A DNA stretch of 64,000 nt from an uncultured Dehalococcoidales bacterium. GTDB taxonomy: Bacteria > Chloroflexota > Dehalococcoidia > GIF9 > AB-539-J10. The stretch is from positions 17,676 to 81,675 of the forward strand of contig CAZODZ010000001.1 in assembly GCA_964578745.1 (NCBI GenBank), read 5' to 3'. The position numbers and the translations under genes are program-made. Below the pieces are notes generated by a model, which did no database searches, was not told the DNA's origin, and was given only the letters and a program-made list of their open reading frames with translations. The stretch's first letter is position 1, and each line of letters starts with the position of its first letter. This document shows, in pieces, positions 37,723 through 46,447 of the stretch.

Positions 37723-38257
37723 GCTGGATTCCCTCTCGGCCACCCAGTATATGCAACATATCATGGGGCCCTGTTTCGTCCCGACGCCATGGATTTACTC
37801 CTGCCGGGAAGCTGTCGGATACGAATAGCCTGCGGTCATCGGGAATGCCTTCGACCCGGAGGCCCATCATTTCCTGTTGTTCACGCTCCGAGAAGATTGC
37901 TCCAGGAATCAGGTCTGTGATGGTGGGGACTGCAAGGTTGCTCTTGTTGAGCCTGAACTTCAGAACAATGGCAGTGGCGCTTCGGCGTTGACCGAAGCAT
38001 AGCGAGAAATGGTAACAGACTTCGATTTCGTCGCCCAGATCGGCCGAGGAGATGACCGAAAAATGGGGCATCGGCTCAAGTGTGCACAGATGTAAGACTG
38101 CATCATGCAGCGCTTGTGGCTTGATTTTCACCCATAGGGACACGTAGATGTGTCTCTGAACCCCTACTTCACGCTCGCATTTCCTTATGCCGATGACGGC
38201 ATCACCCAAGGTCTTCTCAAAGCTCTGTGCGAGCTCGTCTGGTCCCAGTCTCGTCAT
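37715..38257 (-). CDS. mbhK: Mbh-type hydrogenase NuoC-like subunit
   Basis: ~180 aa NuoC/HycE-N-terminal-like; position between small and large subunits. Confidence 0.7.
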   Translation of the reverse strand: MTRLGPDELAQSFEKTLGDAVIGIRKCEREVGVQRHIYVSLWVKIKPQALHDAVLHLCTLEPMPHFSVISSADLGDEIEVCYHFSLCFGQRRSATAIVLKFRLNKSNLAVPTITDLIPGAIFSEREQQEMMGLRVEGIPDDRRLFVSDSFPAGVNPWRRDETGPHDMLHILGGREGIQHE

Positions 38258-38697
38258 TTTGAGGTTGCCCTCTCCTTTGTAGCGCCTTCGAGCTTCAGCC
38301 ATGCCTTGACGACGCCATCAATGATTGCCTCCGGTCGTGCCGGGCACCCCGGAACATAGATGTCGACCGGGATGATCTGATCCACTGGCCCGATGAGGTT
38401 GTAGGATTCATGAAAGACGGTGCCTTCGTTGCCGCAGTTCCCGACGACAATTACTACCTTGGGCTCCGGGACCTGTGCGTATACCCTGCGAACCCTTGGT
38501 TCCATCTCCCTTGTAACCGGCCCTGTGACGAGCAGGACATCCGCATGTCGGGGCGAACCCACAAGCTTTACACCGAAACGCTCGAGGTCATACCGCGGCG
38601 TAAGCGACGCCACTATCTCGATGTCACATCCGTTACAGGAGCCCGTGTTCACGTGATAGACCCATAGCGCCCGTTTGAATGAGTTCATCCCCATGTT
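38254..38697 (-). CDS. mbhJ: Group-4 [NiFe] hydrogenase small subunit (NuoB-like, proximal [4Fe-4S])
   Basis: GSCNGCD ... GNCGNEG ... GCPARP cysteine motifs. Confidence 0.85.
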   Translation of the reverse strand, partial: NMGMNSFKRALWVYHVNTGSCNGCDIEIVASLTPRYDLERFGVKLVGSPRHADVLLVTGPVTREMEPRVRRVYAQVPEPKVVIVVGNCGNEGTVFHESYNLIGPVDQIIPVDIYVPGCPARPEAIIDGVVKAWLKLEGATKERATSK

Positions 38698-38713
38698 TGC
38701 GTGTCTCCGTTTG

Positions 38714-39052
38714 TCACCAGGGACCAGCCGTAAGTATGACGATCCCCGCAATAGCAACTACCCCTATAAGCCACATGAGGTAGTCATTCACGATTCCCGT
38801 ATGAGCCCGTATAAGCGGGTCATAGTACTGCTTGAGCGACTCAAAGAAACCCCAGTATATGTTGTGTGCTCTGACATGGCGCATACCGGCATCAGGCATG
38901 TCCTCGCCGGACAGAAACACCTTCTCCTGTTCGGTGCCTTGTTTGTGCTTGCTCTCACCGCGGGAACGGAATGCATAGGTGACGGCGATGAGAACGAGGA
39001 ACGCAATGAGACAGACAACAGGGGCCCAGAACGCGAGTATCCTGATGTCCAT
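38714..39052 (-). CDS. mbhI: Small membrane subunit of Mbh/Mrp module
   Basis: 112 aa, two TM, located between the mrpD-like subunit and the small subunit as in Thermococcales mbh operons. Confidence 0.5.
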   Translation of the reverse strand: MDIRILAFWAPVVCLIAFLVLIAVTYAFRSRGESKHKQGTEQEKVFLSGEDMPDAGMRHVRAHNIYWGFFESLKQYYDPLIRAHTGIVNDYLMWLIGVVAIAGIVILTAGPW

Positions 39053-40618
39053 CTAGGAGCCTCCCATAATCACGCCGATGTACATGGTCTGATTCAGCAG
39101 GGCATCGGTGGCTGGATAGACTATCGTGTCGAGCACGAGCTGTGGAAACAGGCTGAAGAAGAGTGTTCCTGCTGCGAGCACGCCCATCCCGACCTTCATC
39201 GACAGCGGAACCGGCTTGACGTCTCTATACTCTGGGAGTCCGGGGCCGGTGAACGCTGCTTGGAACACTTTCGTGAATGATGCCAGAGTCATGATGGAGA
39301 CGATAAGTGCCACGATCGCGAGCATCGGATTCAATTGATAAGATGTCTCGTAAATCATCAGCTTGGATGCGAAACCGTTCATCGGTGGGATGCCGGAGAT
39401 TGCCAGTGCGCCAATGATGAAGAAGGCGCAGGTCCATTTCATCGTGCGCCCCATACCTCCCATCCTGTCGAGGTCGCGCGTGCCAAGCGCGAAGAAGAGT
39501 GCCTCTCCAGTGAGAAGAAGCAGTCCCTTGAAGAAGGCGTTGTTTAGGACGTGGAACAGGCCTCCGGCGATTGCCTCGCGTCCGTAGGCTGCGACCGCCT
39601 GGGGGTCGCCCAGGACTGCCAGGCCGACGCCGAATCCAAGCAGCATATAGCCTTCTTGTGAGATGACGTGGTACGTCATCAGACGTTTGATGTCGGTCTG
39701 GCGAAGCGCCATTGTTACGCCGATGAACATGCTCAGTAGGCCCGCAACTATCACAAGCCAGCCGACTGCTGACACTGTCATCTTCACTCCGTACAGTGAG
39801 AAGACGATCCGCAGCGCGGCACCAAGGCATGTCAGTGACGACGCGTAAATGATCGGGCTCGTGCCAGCAGGTGCGGGGGTATATGTGTCAGGTACCCACC
39901 AGTGTGAAGGCACTGCCCCGCTCTTGGTCAGTAGCGCCCCTATCAGCAGCGCGAGTGCTATCTTGTCGAGCAGGGTATAACGCATCGCGTCGGATACAGC
40001 GGCGATGTTGAGAAGGTTGTACTGCCCGTAGAAGATGCCAATGCTCAGCAGCACAAGGAGCGCCGACACCGTTGACACGATGACATACTTGAATCCGCCT
40101 TCAACCGCATCGACGAAGCGGGTGCGAAAAGCTGCTAGGGCAGCTCCGGAGATCGACAGGATCTCAAGGAACACGAAGAGGTTGAATAAGTCTCCCGTGT
40201 ACTGGATTCCGAGCATACTCGCTGTCAGCAAGAGCAGAAGCGTGTAGAACCTATCCTGCCCGCTCTCACCTCTCATTGCGGAGAGCGAGTACACGGCCCC
40301 CGATAGCGCCACCGTTGCGGCGATGATGCCGAGGAACGCGCCGAGGCCGTCGACCTCCAGGATGATTCGCACAGGAACAATGTGGCTCTCCGGTATTGCG
40401 AGACCGGCTGCCGTGGCCCCCAGTGTGTAGACCTGGATACCAGCAGTGAGCACTTGGCGCACGACGGTGAAGACGAGGAACTCGACGAAGAGCAGGATGG
40501 CCACCACAAACACGTTTCGGACCTTCGCCCCGAGCCGTCCCACGAGCGGCGTAAGAAAGGCCGCTGCCAGCGGCACTGCGATGGCGAGTATCGGTGCGTG
40601 TGTTGTCAACGCGTCCAA
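39053..40618 (-). CDS. mbhH: Mrp/NuoL-M-N-type antiporter-like membrane subunit (MrpD-like)
   Basis: 521 aa, ~14 TM, NuoL/MnhD conserved core. Confidence 0.8.
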   Translation of the reverse strand: MDALTTHAPILAIAVPLAAAFLTPLVGRLGAKVRNVFVVAILLFVEFLVFTVVRQVLTAGIQVYTLGATAAGLAIPESHIVPVRIILEVDGLGAFLGIIAATVALSGAVYSLSAMRGESGQDRFYTLLLLLTASMLGIQYTGDLFNLFVFLEILSISGAALAAFRTRFVDAVEGGFKYVIVSTVSALLVLLSIGIFYGQYNLLNIAAVSDAMRYTLLDKIALALLIGALLTKSGAVPSHWWVPDTYTPAPAGTSPIIYASSLTCLGAALRIVFSLYGVKMTVSAVGWLVIVAGLLSMFIGVTMALRQTDIKRLMTYHVISQEGYMLLGFGVGLAVLGDPQAVAAYGREAIAGGLFHVLNNAFFKGLLLLTGEALFFALGTRDLDRMGGMGRTMKWTCAFFIIGALAISGIPPMNGFASKLMIYETSYQLNPMLAIVALIVSIMTLASFTKVFQAAFTGPGLPEYRDVKPVPLSMKVGMGVLAAGTLFFSLFPQLVLDTIVYPATDALLNQTMYIGVIMGGS

Positions 40619-40623
40619 GCCGT

Positions 40624-40977
40624 CTAGCCTTTCACCCTTCGTGATTTCTCGGCGTCGGTCTCACCCGTATGTCGGTAGATCAGTATGACCAGTGTGAGCA
40701 TGAGTGCAGTTGTAGCTACACCGATGACAATGCTTGTAAGGGTGAGCGCCTGTGGCACCGGCAGCACCATGTGCGTTCCCGACGCGTGAGTGAAGCCCGG
40801 CGCGGCGCCTTCATTACGATATCCGAGGGAAACGAGGAAGAGGTTGACTGCGGACTCCAGTATCGTAACGCCCATAACAATCTTGATGAGGTCTCGTTGC
40901 GTTACCATGATGTACAGCCCGACGCATGCAAGCGCCGCGACTGCAACGAAAGGTGCATTCACAACGAGTGACGTCAT
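40624..40977 (-). CDS. mbhG: MrpC/NuoK-like membrane subunit
   Basis: 117 aa, three TM, NuoK-like. Confidence 0.65.
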   Translation of the reverse strand: MTSLVVNAPFVAVAALACVGLYIMVTQRDLIKIVMGVTILESAVNLFLVSLGYRNEGAAPGFTHASGTHMVLPVPQALTLTSIVIGVATTALMLTLVILIYRHTGETDAEKSRRVKG

Positions 40978-41435
40978 TCTCCATCCCCCGTCTTGCGTGA
41001 CACCACTGCCATCGTGAGCATGATGGCGCTGAGACTTGCTATCACGTTAAGCGCAACGCCGATGTTCATCGGTGCGATGACGCCGCCTGTCCAGATGTCC
41101 TCGTGTGCGGGACCGTACTCGGGTATGTGACCGAATAAGGGCGAGCCGACAAGGAAATTGTAGAAGAAGGTCTTGCACATTCCTCCGAATCCGAGCAACG
41201 CGAAGAGTACTGCACCGGCACATGAGACAAGCGTGAGACCGGAGACCGTGATATAGCGCCTGACCCGCTCGGAGCCGAACGCGACCAGCACAAGCGCCGT
41301 GGCCGATGCAAAAACGGCGCCACCCTGAAAGCCTCCGCCTACCGTCACGTGCCCGTGCATAATTACGTACAGACCGAACACGAGAATGGGCGGCGTTGCC
41401 AGTCGCGCGATGGTGCGGACAATTACTGACATCAT
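40974..41435 (-). CDS. mbhF: MrpB-like (MnhB domain) membrane subunit
   Basis: 153 aa, four TM, GGFQGGAV motif of the MnhB domain. Confidence 0.65.
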   Translation of the reverse strand: MMSVIVRTIARLATPPILVFGLYVIMHGHVTVGGGFQGGAVFASATALVLVAFGSERVRRYITVSGLTLVSCAGAVLFALLGFGGMCKTFFYNFLVGSPLFGHIPEYGPAHEDIWTGGVIAPMNIGVALNVIASLSAIMLTMAVVSRKTGDGE

Positions 41436-41707
41436 GCGGACCCGTCCTTCAGTCCCCGCAGTAGCAGCGCGACGCCTGTGAATGCCGTAAACAGGACGGT
41501 TGCCTCTCCAAGGGTGTCGTAGCCGCGCCAGTCGAAGACGACGGCGGCGACGGCACTGTTTGCCCCTGTGACCTCCTGCGTGTTCTGGATGATGTAGTCG
41601 TCCATTACCGAGGGCGGTTCGCCAAATGGGCGCATTACCACTGCAACTACAAACAGCATCACGGCGACCACTACCAGCGTTATAGCTGCAAACAGTTTCC
41701 TTGCCAT
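41432..41707 (-). CDS. mbhE: Small Mrp-type membrane subunit (MrpB N-terminal-like)
   Basis: 91 aa, two TM; operon position. Confidence 0.5.
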   Translation of the reverse strand: MARKLFAAITLVVVAVMLFVVAVVMRPFGEPPSVMDDYIIQNTQEVTGANSAVAAVVFDWRGYDTLGEATVLFTAFTGVALLLRGLKDGSA

Positions 41708-41712
41708 GACTT

Positions 41713-41958
41713 CTATGTCCTCTTTGTGGCCCGGATGGCGATTACAAAGATTGCTGTCGTAATTGCTGCACCCACGCCGGCTTCTGCAATCGCTACGTCA
41801 GGAGCCGACAGCAGGAAGAACTCCAGGGAGAGGAGCAGGCTCAGCACTGCCAGCAGAATGACCGCTGGCAGCAGGTCACGCAGCCGGGCAACGAGCACGG
41901 CGCACACGACCAGCAGAAGGGGCACCACTGCGCGCAGCAGATCCAGTTCACTCATCGA
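41713..41958 (-). CDS. mbhD: Small Mrp-type membrane subunit
   Basis: ~82 aa, three TM; operon position. Confidence 0.5.
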   Translation of the reverse strand, partial: SMSELDLLRAVVPLLLVVCAVLVARLRDLLPAVILLAVLSLLLSLEFFLLSAPDVAIAEAGVGAAITTAIFVIAIRATKRT

Positions 41959-42310
41959 GTTTGGCACCTTCCAGGTCATCTACAATTGCCTTCGCCGGTC
42001 TTATGCCGCTGCGGTATCCGGCCCGGGCGATGGCGTGTGCTCCCGTTGGGTTGGTTACGACAATTGCTACAAGCGCGAGGAGAGAGTGCAACACTATCAC
42101 CGAATCGGGTGAACCCCAGCCGCTGTCTATCCAGCCGGCGGTGCCCTGTAGCACAACGGCACCTATAAGGAAGATGGAACCGAACGTGGTGCACTTCGTT
42201 CCCGCGTGCAGTCTGGTGAAATAGTCCGGGAACCGGTGCAGTCCGATCCCCGCCATCAGATTGAAGAACAAGCCGATGCCTATCAGCACGTATGTGATTG
42301 TATTCAGCAC
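41948..42310 (-). CDS. mbhC: MrpG/PhaG-like antiporter subunit
   Basis: 120 aa, three TM, GLHRFPDYFTRLHAGTK motif of MnhG. Confidence 0.65.
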   Translation of the reverse strand: MLNTITYVLIGIGLFFNLMAGIGLHRFPDYFTRLHAGTKCTTFGSIFLIGAVVLQGTAGWIDSGWGSPDSVIVLHSLLALVAIVVTNPTGAHAIARAGYRSGIRPAKAIVDDLEGAKLDE

Positions 42311-42565
42311 CTAGAACTTACCCTTCTCGACGTATTTTGCGATGAACAATGTAGTCACAAACGACAAGAGCGCATAGACAATGGCAACGTCCACGTAGGT
42401 TGCTTCGTGGAATGCAGCTCCGAGTATGACCATTGTGACTACAACCAGCGTGTTGATAGTATCCAGCCCGACAATTCTGTCGGGTGTGGTTGGGCCAATG
42501 ATGACACGTACCAAGGCGATTACAATGCACACACCCAGGATGACTGCGGCAGGCAGCCAGTTCAT
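42311..42565 (-). CDS. mbhB: MrpF/PhaF-like antiporter subunit
   Basis: ~85 aa from ATG MNWLPAAV (ATGA overlap with upstream stop), three TM. Confidence 0.6.
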   Translation of the reverse strand: MNWLPAAVILGVCIVIALVRVIIGPTTPDRIVGLDTINTLVVVTMVILGAAFHEATYVDVAIVYALLSFVTTLFIAKYVEKGKF

Positions 42566-43080
42566 TCGGCGATTCTCCTTGCCCACTGCGGGAACGGCCC
42601 GCAGATCAGGGAGCATTCCCGGGGCAACTGCTTGAGTGCCTGCTCGTCCACGTGGATCCAGTGTACGTACAGATCTCTTGTCTTCGTATCCACCTCCACG
42701 CTCAGTGTGCCGGGTGTAAGTGTGATCGAATTTGCGAGGAGCGTCATGCTTGCGTCGTTGGACAGCCCCGTTGCCATGCGCACGATGCCGGGCCTTATCC
42801 GGCCGGTGATCACTCTGTAGACCACATCGAAATTGGCCTTGGTCAGTGCCCAGAAGAACGGCCCTGCTAGATATATCAGGAACAGGAACCAGCGTTGAGG
42901 GCTGAGGAGACGTGGCCAGTTGTCGCTCACAAGCGGGCGTGTGAGAGCTGCAACCAGCAGCGCGATTCCAACACCGATGCTGAGTTCGATCGGGTTCCAG
43001 ATGCCTGCGCTGCCCGTAGCAGTCGTGAGCACGAGGTAGAGTATGAAACTCAGTATAGCTGTGGTCAGGAAACGTGACAT
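42562..43080 (-). CDS. mbhA: MrpE/MnhE-like antiporter subunit
   Basis: 172 aa, MnhE-like two-TM N-terminus plus soluble domain; first gene of the operon. Confidence 0.65.
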   Translation of the reverse strand: MSRFLTTAILSFILYLVLTTATGSAGIWNPIELSIGVGIALLVAALTRPLVSDNWPRLLSPQRWFLFLIYLAGPFFWALTKANFDVVYRVITGRIRPGIVRMATGLSNDASMTLLANSITLTPGTLSVEVDTKTRDLYVHWIHVDEQALKQLPRECSLICGPFPQWARRIAE

Positions 43081-43313
43081 CAGGAGTGTGACGCTCCTGT
43101 GTTCATTGATGATGCAGTGTATAGATGTCCCCTAGGGTTGACTGAAACACCTTTCCCGAAGGCTTCCGCTGTATGCACCACAACAATACCTCTACGGCCC
43201 GGGGGAATCTGACGCAGTATACATGTCCAGAATCGCTTGGCGCAAGAGCATCCGGGCCTGTTTAGGTGCGGTGCACAATTCCCGGCAGCCTTGTTCCTGC
43301 CTGTGTTGATGTC

Positions 43314-43342
43314 TTGACGTTCGCATCCGCGGGGGCTACGAT
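43314..43342 (+). promoter_or_regulatory. Sigma70-like promoter (TTGACG-N17-TACGAT) with AAGGAGGG RBS upstream of 43373
   Basis: Hexamers read directly in sequence about 30 nt upstream of the ATG; sits in the divergent region between the mbh operon and the dehydratase gene. Confidence 0.45.
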
Positions 43343-43372
43343 GTTGCGAAATCTGAAGGGCTTTAAGGAGGG

Positions 43373-44578
43373 ATGATGTCGAACCTGCGCATCACCGATA
43401 TTGAGGCTATCATGTGTGGACCACTCCCGTTCACCAGGGTTCACACGAACGAAGGTATCACCGGTCTAGGTGAGAACGTGGTTAACCATCCGGAGACGCT
43501 GAGGGGGAATGTTGAGCTCCTGAAGTCGATCCTCGTGGGTGAGGATCCCTTCAATATCGAGAAGCTCTGGATCAAGATGGTCCAGCAGACGTCCTTTACG
43601 TACATGAGTTCCACTATCAGCGCGGTAGATGTGGCACTGTACGATATTAAAGCGAAAGCGCTCGGTGTCCCGGTGTATGAGCTGTTGGGCGGATTGTACC
43701 GCAGGCATATCCGCCTGTACCCGCATCTCAGAGGAACGTGGAACTCGTTCCCGGATCCGAATCAGGCGGACCTCTTTTCTGAGCCATGGGGTGCGGTCGA
43801 GTACACGCCGGAGCAGCTTGGTCAGAATGCGAAACAGCTGGTCGATGAGGGGTACACGGCGATCAAATTCGATCCCTTCCGGCCGGGCAGGGATGGATAT
43901 CACGGCTACAGGCCCGACGAGATAGAGGCGGTCGTCGAGCGCGTTGCAGCTATCCGTGCAGCGGTCGGCCCTACTGTTGACCTCATGGTTGAATGTCACG
44001 GCAAGTTCAATGCGGGTACCGCAATCAAGATTGGTAAGAAACTGGAGCAGTTCGACCTGTTCTGGTATGAGGAACCCGTCCCGGTGGGGATGATTACCGC
44101 GATGAAGCGTGTGGTTGATGCCGTAAACATACCTGTGGCTGCCTGTGAGCGATTGAACAGCAAGCTTGATCTCAAGGAGTACCTTGAGAAGGGCGCCGTT
44201 GATGTCGTGATGTTCGATGTTGGCAAGTGCGGCGGTCTCACCGAGGCCATGAAGATATGTGCGATGTGTGAGGCGTACCAGGCCAAAGCGGCTCCTCACA
44301 ATCCGTTTGGCCCGGTGGCAGCGATCGCAAATGCACACCTCTCAGCCGCGGTGCATCCGTTCCTTATCCAGGAACATGAGCAGATGGCACCGTGGGCTGT
44401 TGAGCCGATGTTGAAGATCGTGGATGGTTATCTTGAGGTCCCGGATAGGCCCGGACTCGGAGTCGAGTTGAATGAGGAAGCGATTGCCGAGGCCAATGCC
44501 AAAGTGGCAGAAGGCAAGTACAAGCCATTCAGCAATGCGAAGGATCTGGACTTCGGATTGTATGTACCTGTGTTGTGA
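43373..44578 (+). CDS. Enolase-superfamily enzyme, mandelate racemase/muconate lactonizing enzyme subgroup (sugar-acid dehydratase-like, e.g. galactonate/mannonate dehydratase type)
   Basis: N-terminal capping domain (ITDIEAIMCG), barrel with KxK-like and Mg ligands (DVMFDVGKCGG, EEP); 401 aa. Confidence 0.75.
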   Translation: MMSNLRITDIEAIMCGPLPFTRVHTNEGITGLGENVVNHPETLRGNVELLKSILVGEDPFNIEKLWIKMVQQTSFTYMSSTISAVDVALYDIKAKALGVPVYELLGGLYRRHIRLYPHLRGTWNSFPDPNQADLFSEPWGAVEYTPEQLGQNAKQLVDEGYTAIKFDPFRPGRDGYHGYRPDEIEAVVERVAAIRAAVGPTVDLMVECHGKFNAGTAIKIGKKLEQFDLFWYEEPVPVGMITAMKRVVDAVNIPVAACERLNSKLDLKEYLEKGAVDVVMFDVGKCGGLTEAMKICAMCEAYQAKAAPHNPFGPVAAIANAHLSAAVHPFLIQEHEQMAPWAVEPMLKIVDGYLEVPDRPGLGVELNEEAIAEANAKVAEGKYKPFSNAKDLDFGLYVPVL

Positions 44579-44718
44579 CTGGTACGGACTAACGGCAGCT
44601 GCTGGCCGGATGTAAGTAGCAGGAGGCGGCCTATGTAACGCGCCAATGTTTGGCCTTGAACCTGTCATAGAACATCATCGCTAAGTCCTGAAACAATTTA
44701 ATTGAGGAGGAGGAACCA

Positions 44719-45852
44719 GTGAAGAAAGGCATCTTGTTGTTGTTGGTTACAGTGTTGGCACTTGCCTCGCTCTTGGTTGCTGGCTGTGCGCCAAGTGCGA
44801 CCGAGCCATCGGCGCCATCGGGAGGAGATGAAGGCAGCGCCACCGCCCCGGCGGATGAGGAAGAAGAAGCTGCTCCTGCTGCTCCTGAAGGTGAGGTAAT
44901 CACCTGGCAGTTCCAGGGCCATCCGCCTGTGTCCGATTACTACTTCACAGCTGTGCAGGGGATCGCCGACCACATAACGGCGATGAGTGGTGGTCGTCTG
45001 ACCGTCGAGGCATACGCAGGCGGTTCCATCGTCCCAGCCTCTGAGGAGCTTGAGGGTGTTCACCAGGGTATTCTGAACATGGGTTCGGCATGCCCGATGT
45101 ACAACGTGAACAAGTTTCCTCAGGCACCGCTCTTTGATATGGTCTCGGGAGGCATGACAGCTCTTCAGATGACTCTGTGGCACACGAAGGGCAATGGCGA
45201 TGAACTTGCTGCGCGGATGTGGGAAGACAAGATGAACGTGAAGTACATCGGCCCCCAGGGTTTTTTGCCGCCCGAAGTCTGGTGTCAGTCCAACAAGAAG
45301 ATAGAGGATCCCGGTGACCTTAAGGGTTTGAAGATGCGATGCGCTGGCGATGGCGGCGAGATCCTTGCCAGTATGGGTGTGTCAACCGTCTACTTCCCGG
45401 GAGCCGAGGTCTACGAGTCGATGCAGCGTGGCGTCATCGATGCGTTTGAGTACGCATCACCGTTCCTCAACTGGGGTATGGGCTTCCACGAGGTGGCTGA
45501 CTACCTCTACATGTCTCCCTCTCGTGCCCCGACTGACTGTGCTCATGTCTGGGTCAATCGCGATGACTGGGAGGCGCTGAGCCCCGACCTTCAGGCCATC
45601 GTCTATGACGCGGTTGCCACAGTCGGCCTCGAATACACCGCTGACTCGTACATACGCGATGACGAGGCATTGGTCAAGTACTACGACTATGGCACCGAAG
45701 TCTTGAAGCTGCCTGCCGAGGTTGAACAGGCGTATCTCGATGCTGCAAAGAAGTTCTACGATGCAAAGGCGGCGGCCGACCCGTTCTATGCTGAGATTCT
45801 CGAGGCCCACTGGGCCTTCAAGGACCTCTGTGATCGCGCTGGCATCAGGTAG
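44719..45852 (+). CDS. TRAP transporter substrate-binding lipoprotein (DctP family), copy 1
   Basis: GTG start after GAGGAGG; lipobox LVAGC; Glu-rich linker; DctP-family fold signatures (QRGVIDAFEYASP). Confidence 0.75.
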   Translation: MKKGILLLLVTVLALASLLVAGCAPSATEPSAPSGGDEGSATAPADEEEEAAPAAPEGEVITWQFQGHPPVSDYYFTAVQGIADHITAMSGGRLTVEAYAGGSIVPASEELEGVHQGILNMGSACPMYNVNKFPQAPLFDMVSGGMTALQMTLWHTKGNGDELAARMWEDKMNVKYIGPQGFLPPEVWCQSNKKIEDPGDLKGLKMRCAGDGGEILASMGVSTVYFPGAEVYESMQRGVIDAFEYASPFLNWGMGFHEVADYLYMSPSRAPTDCAHVWVNRDDWEALSPDLQAIVYDAVATVGLEYTADSYIRDDEALVKYYDYGTEVLKLPAEVEQAYLDAAKKFYDAKAAADPFYAEILEAHWAFKDLCDRAGIR

Positions 45853-45885
45853 GATGTCGGAGCGTTTGACAGGCTGACTGTTGTT

Positions 45886-45916
45886 GCTCCCGCCCCGGGC
45901 ATTGCGGGGCGGGAGC
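45886..45916 (+). promoter_or_regulatory. 12-bp GC-rich perfect hairpin between dctP1 and dctQ1 (intra-operon attenuator/processing candidate)
   Basis: GCTCCCGCCCCG-loop-CGGGGCGGGAGC read directly in sequence. Confidence 0.5.
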
Positions 45917-45937
45917 ATGGTTTGAAAGGACCGACCT

Positions 45938-46447
45938 ATGAGGAAAATCCTGAAGGCAATAGACGCAATCAGCTGGTGGTCGGGGATGATATGCCGGTGG
46001 GGCGTGCTGGCGCTCGTGCTCATCCTGTGTTACGAAGTAACCGCACGGTATGTCTTCGACAACCCTACGATCTGGGCGCACGAGTCGTCGATGATGCTCG
46101 GTGTCTTCTTAGTGACCATCGGATGGTCGTTCGTCCACTTGAGGAAGGGTCATGTGCGGGTGGACGTGTTCTATGCACGTATGTCGCCGAAGGTGAGAGC
46201 CATGGTCGACATCGGCTGCTTCCTCGTCTTCTTCCTTCCACTGATGCTTGTGCTGATATACGCATCTGGCGTAATGGCCTGGGAGGCGTACATCTTCGAC
46301 GAGGTCTTGATGGCAAGCTTCTGGTACCCGCCGGCGTTGCCGATACGTCTCGTGGTGGTGATAGGGCTCTCGACATTCCTGCTCCAGGGCCTTGCGGACT
46401 TTGCCCGTGATGTCCACCTGGTGCTGAAAGGGGCCCCAATTGATTGA
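45938..46447 (+). CDS. TRAP transporter small permease (DctQ), copy 1
   Basis: 169 aa, four TM, follows dctP. Confidence 0.75.
   Translation: MRKILKAIDAISWWSGMICRWGVLALVLILCYEVTARYVFDNPTIWAHESSMMLGVFLVTIGWSFVHLRKGHVRVDVFYARMSPKVRAMVDIGCFLVFFLPLMLVLIYASGVMAWEAYIFDEVLMASFWYPPALPIRLVVVIGLSTFLLQGLADFARDVHLVLKGAPID

Noticed and set aside
39225-39830. 201-aa minus-strand ORF and several 60-80-aa ORFs inside mbhH and other mbh genes
   Set aside because: They are alternative-frame artefacts within a membrane-protein gene whose correct frame gives 14 clean TM helices.
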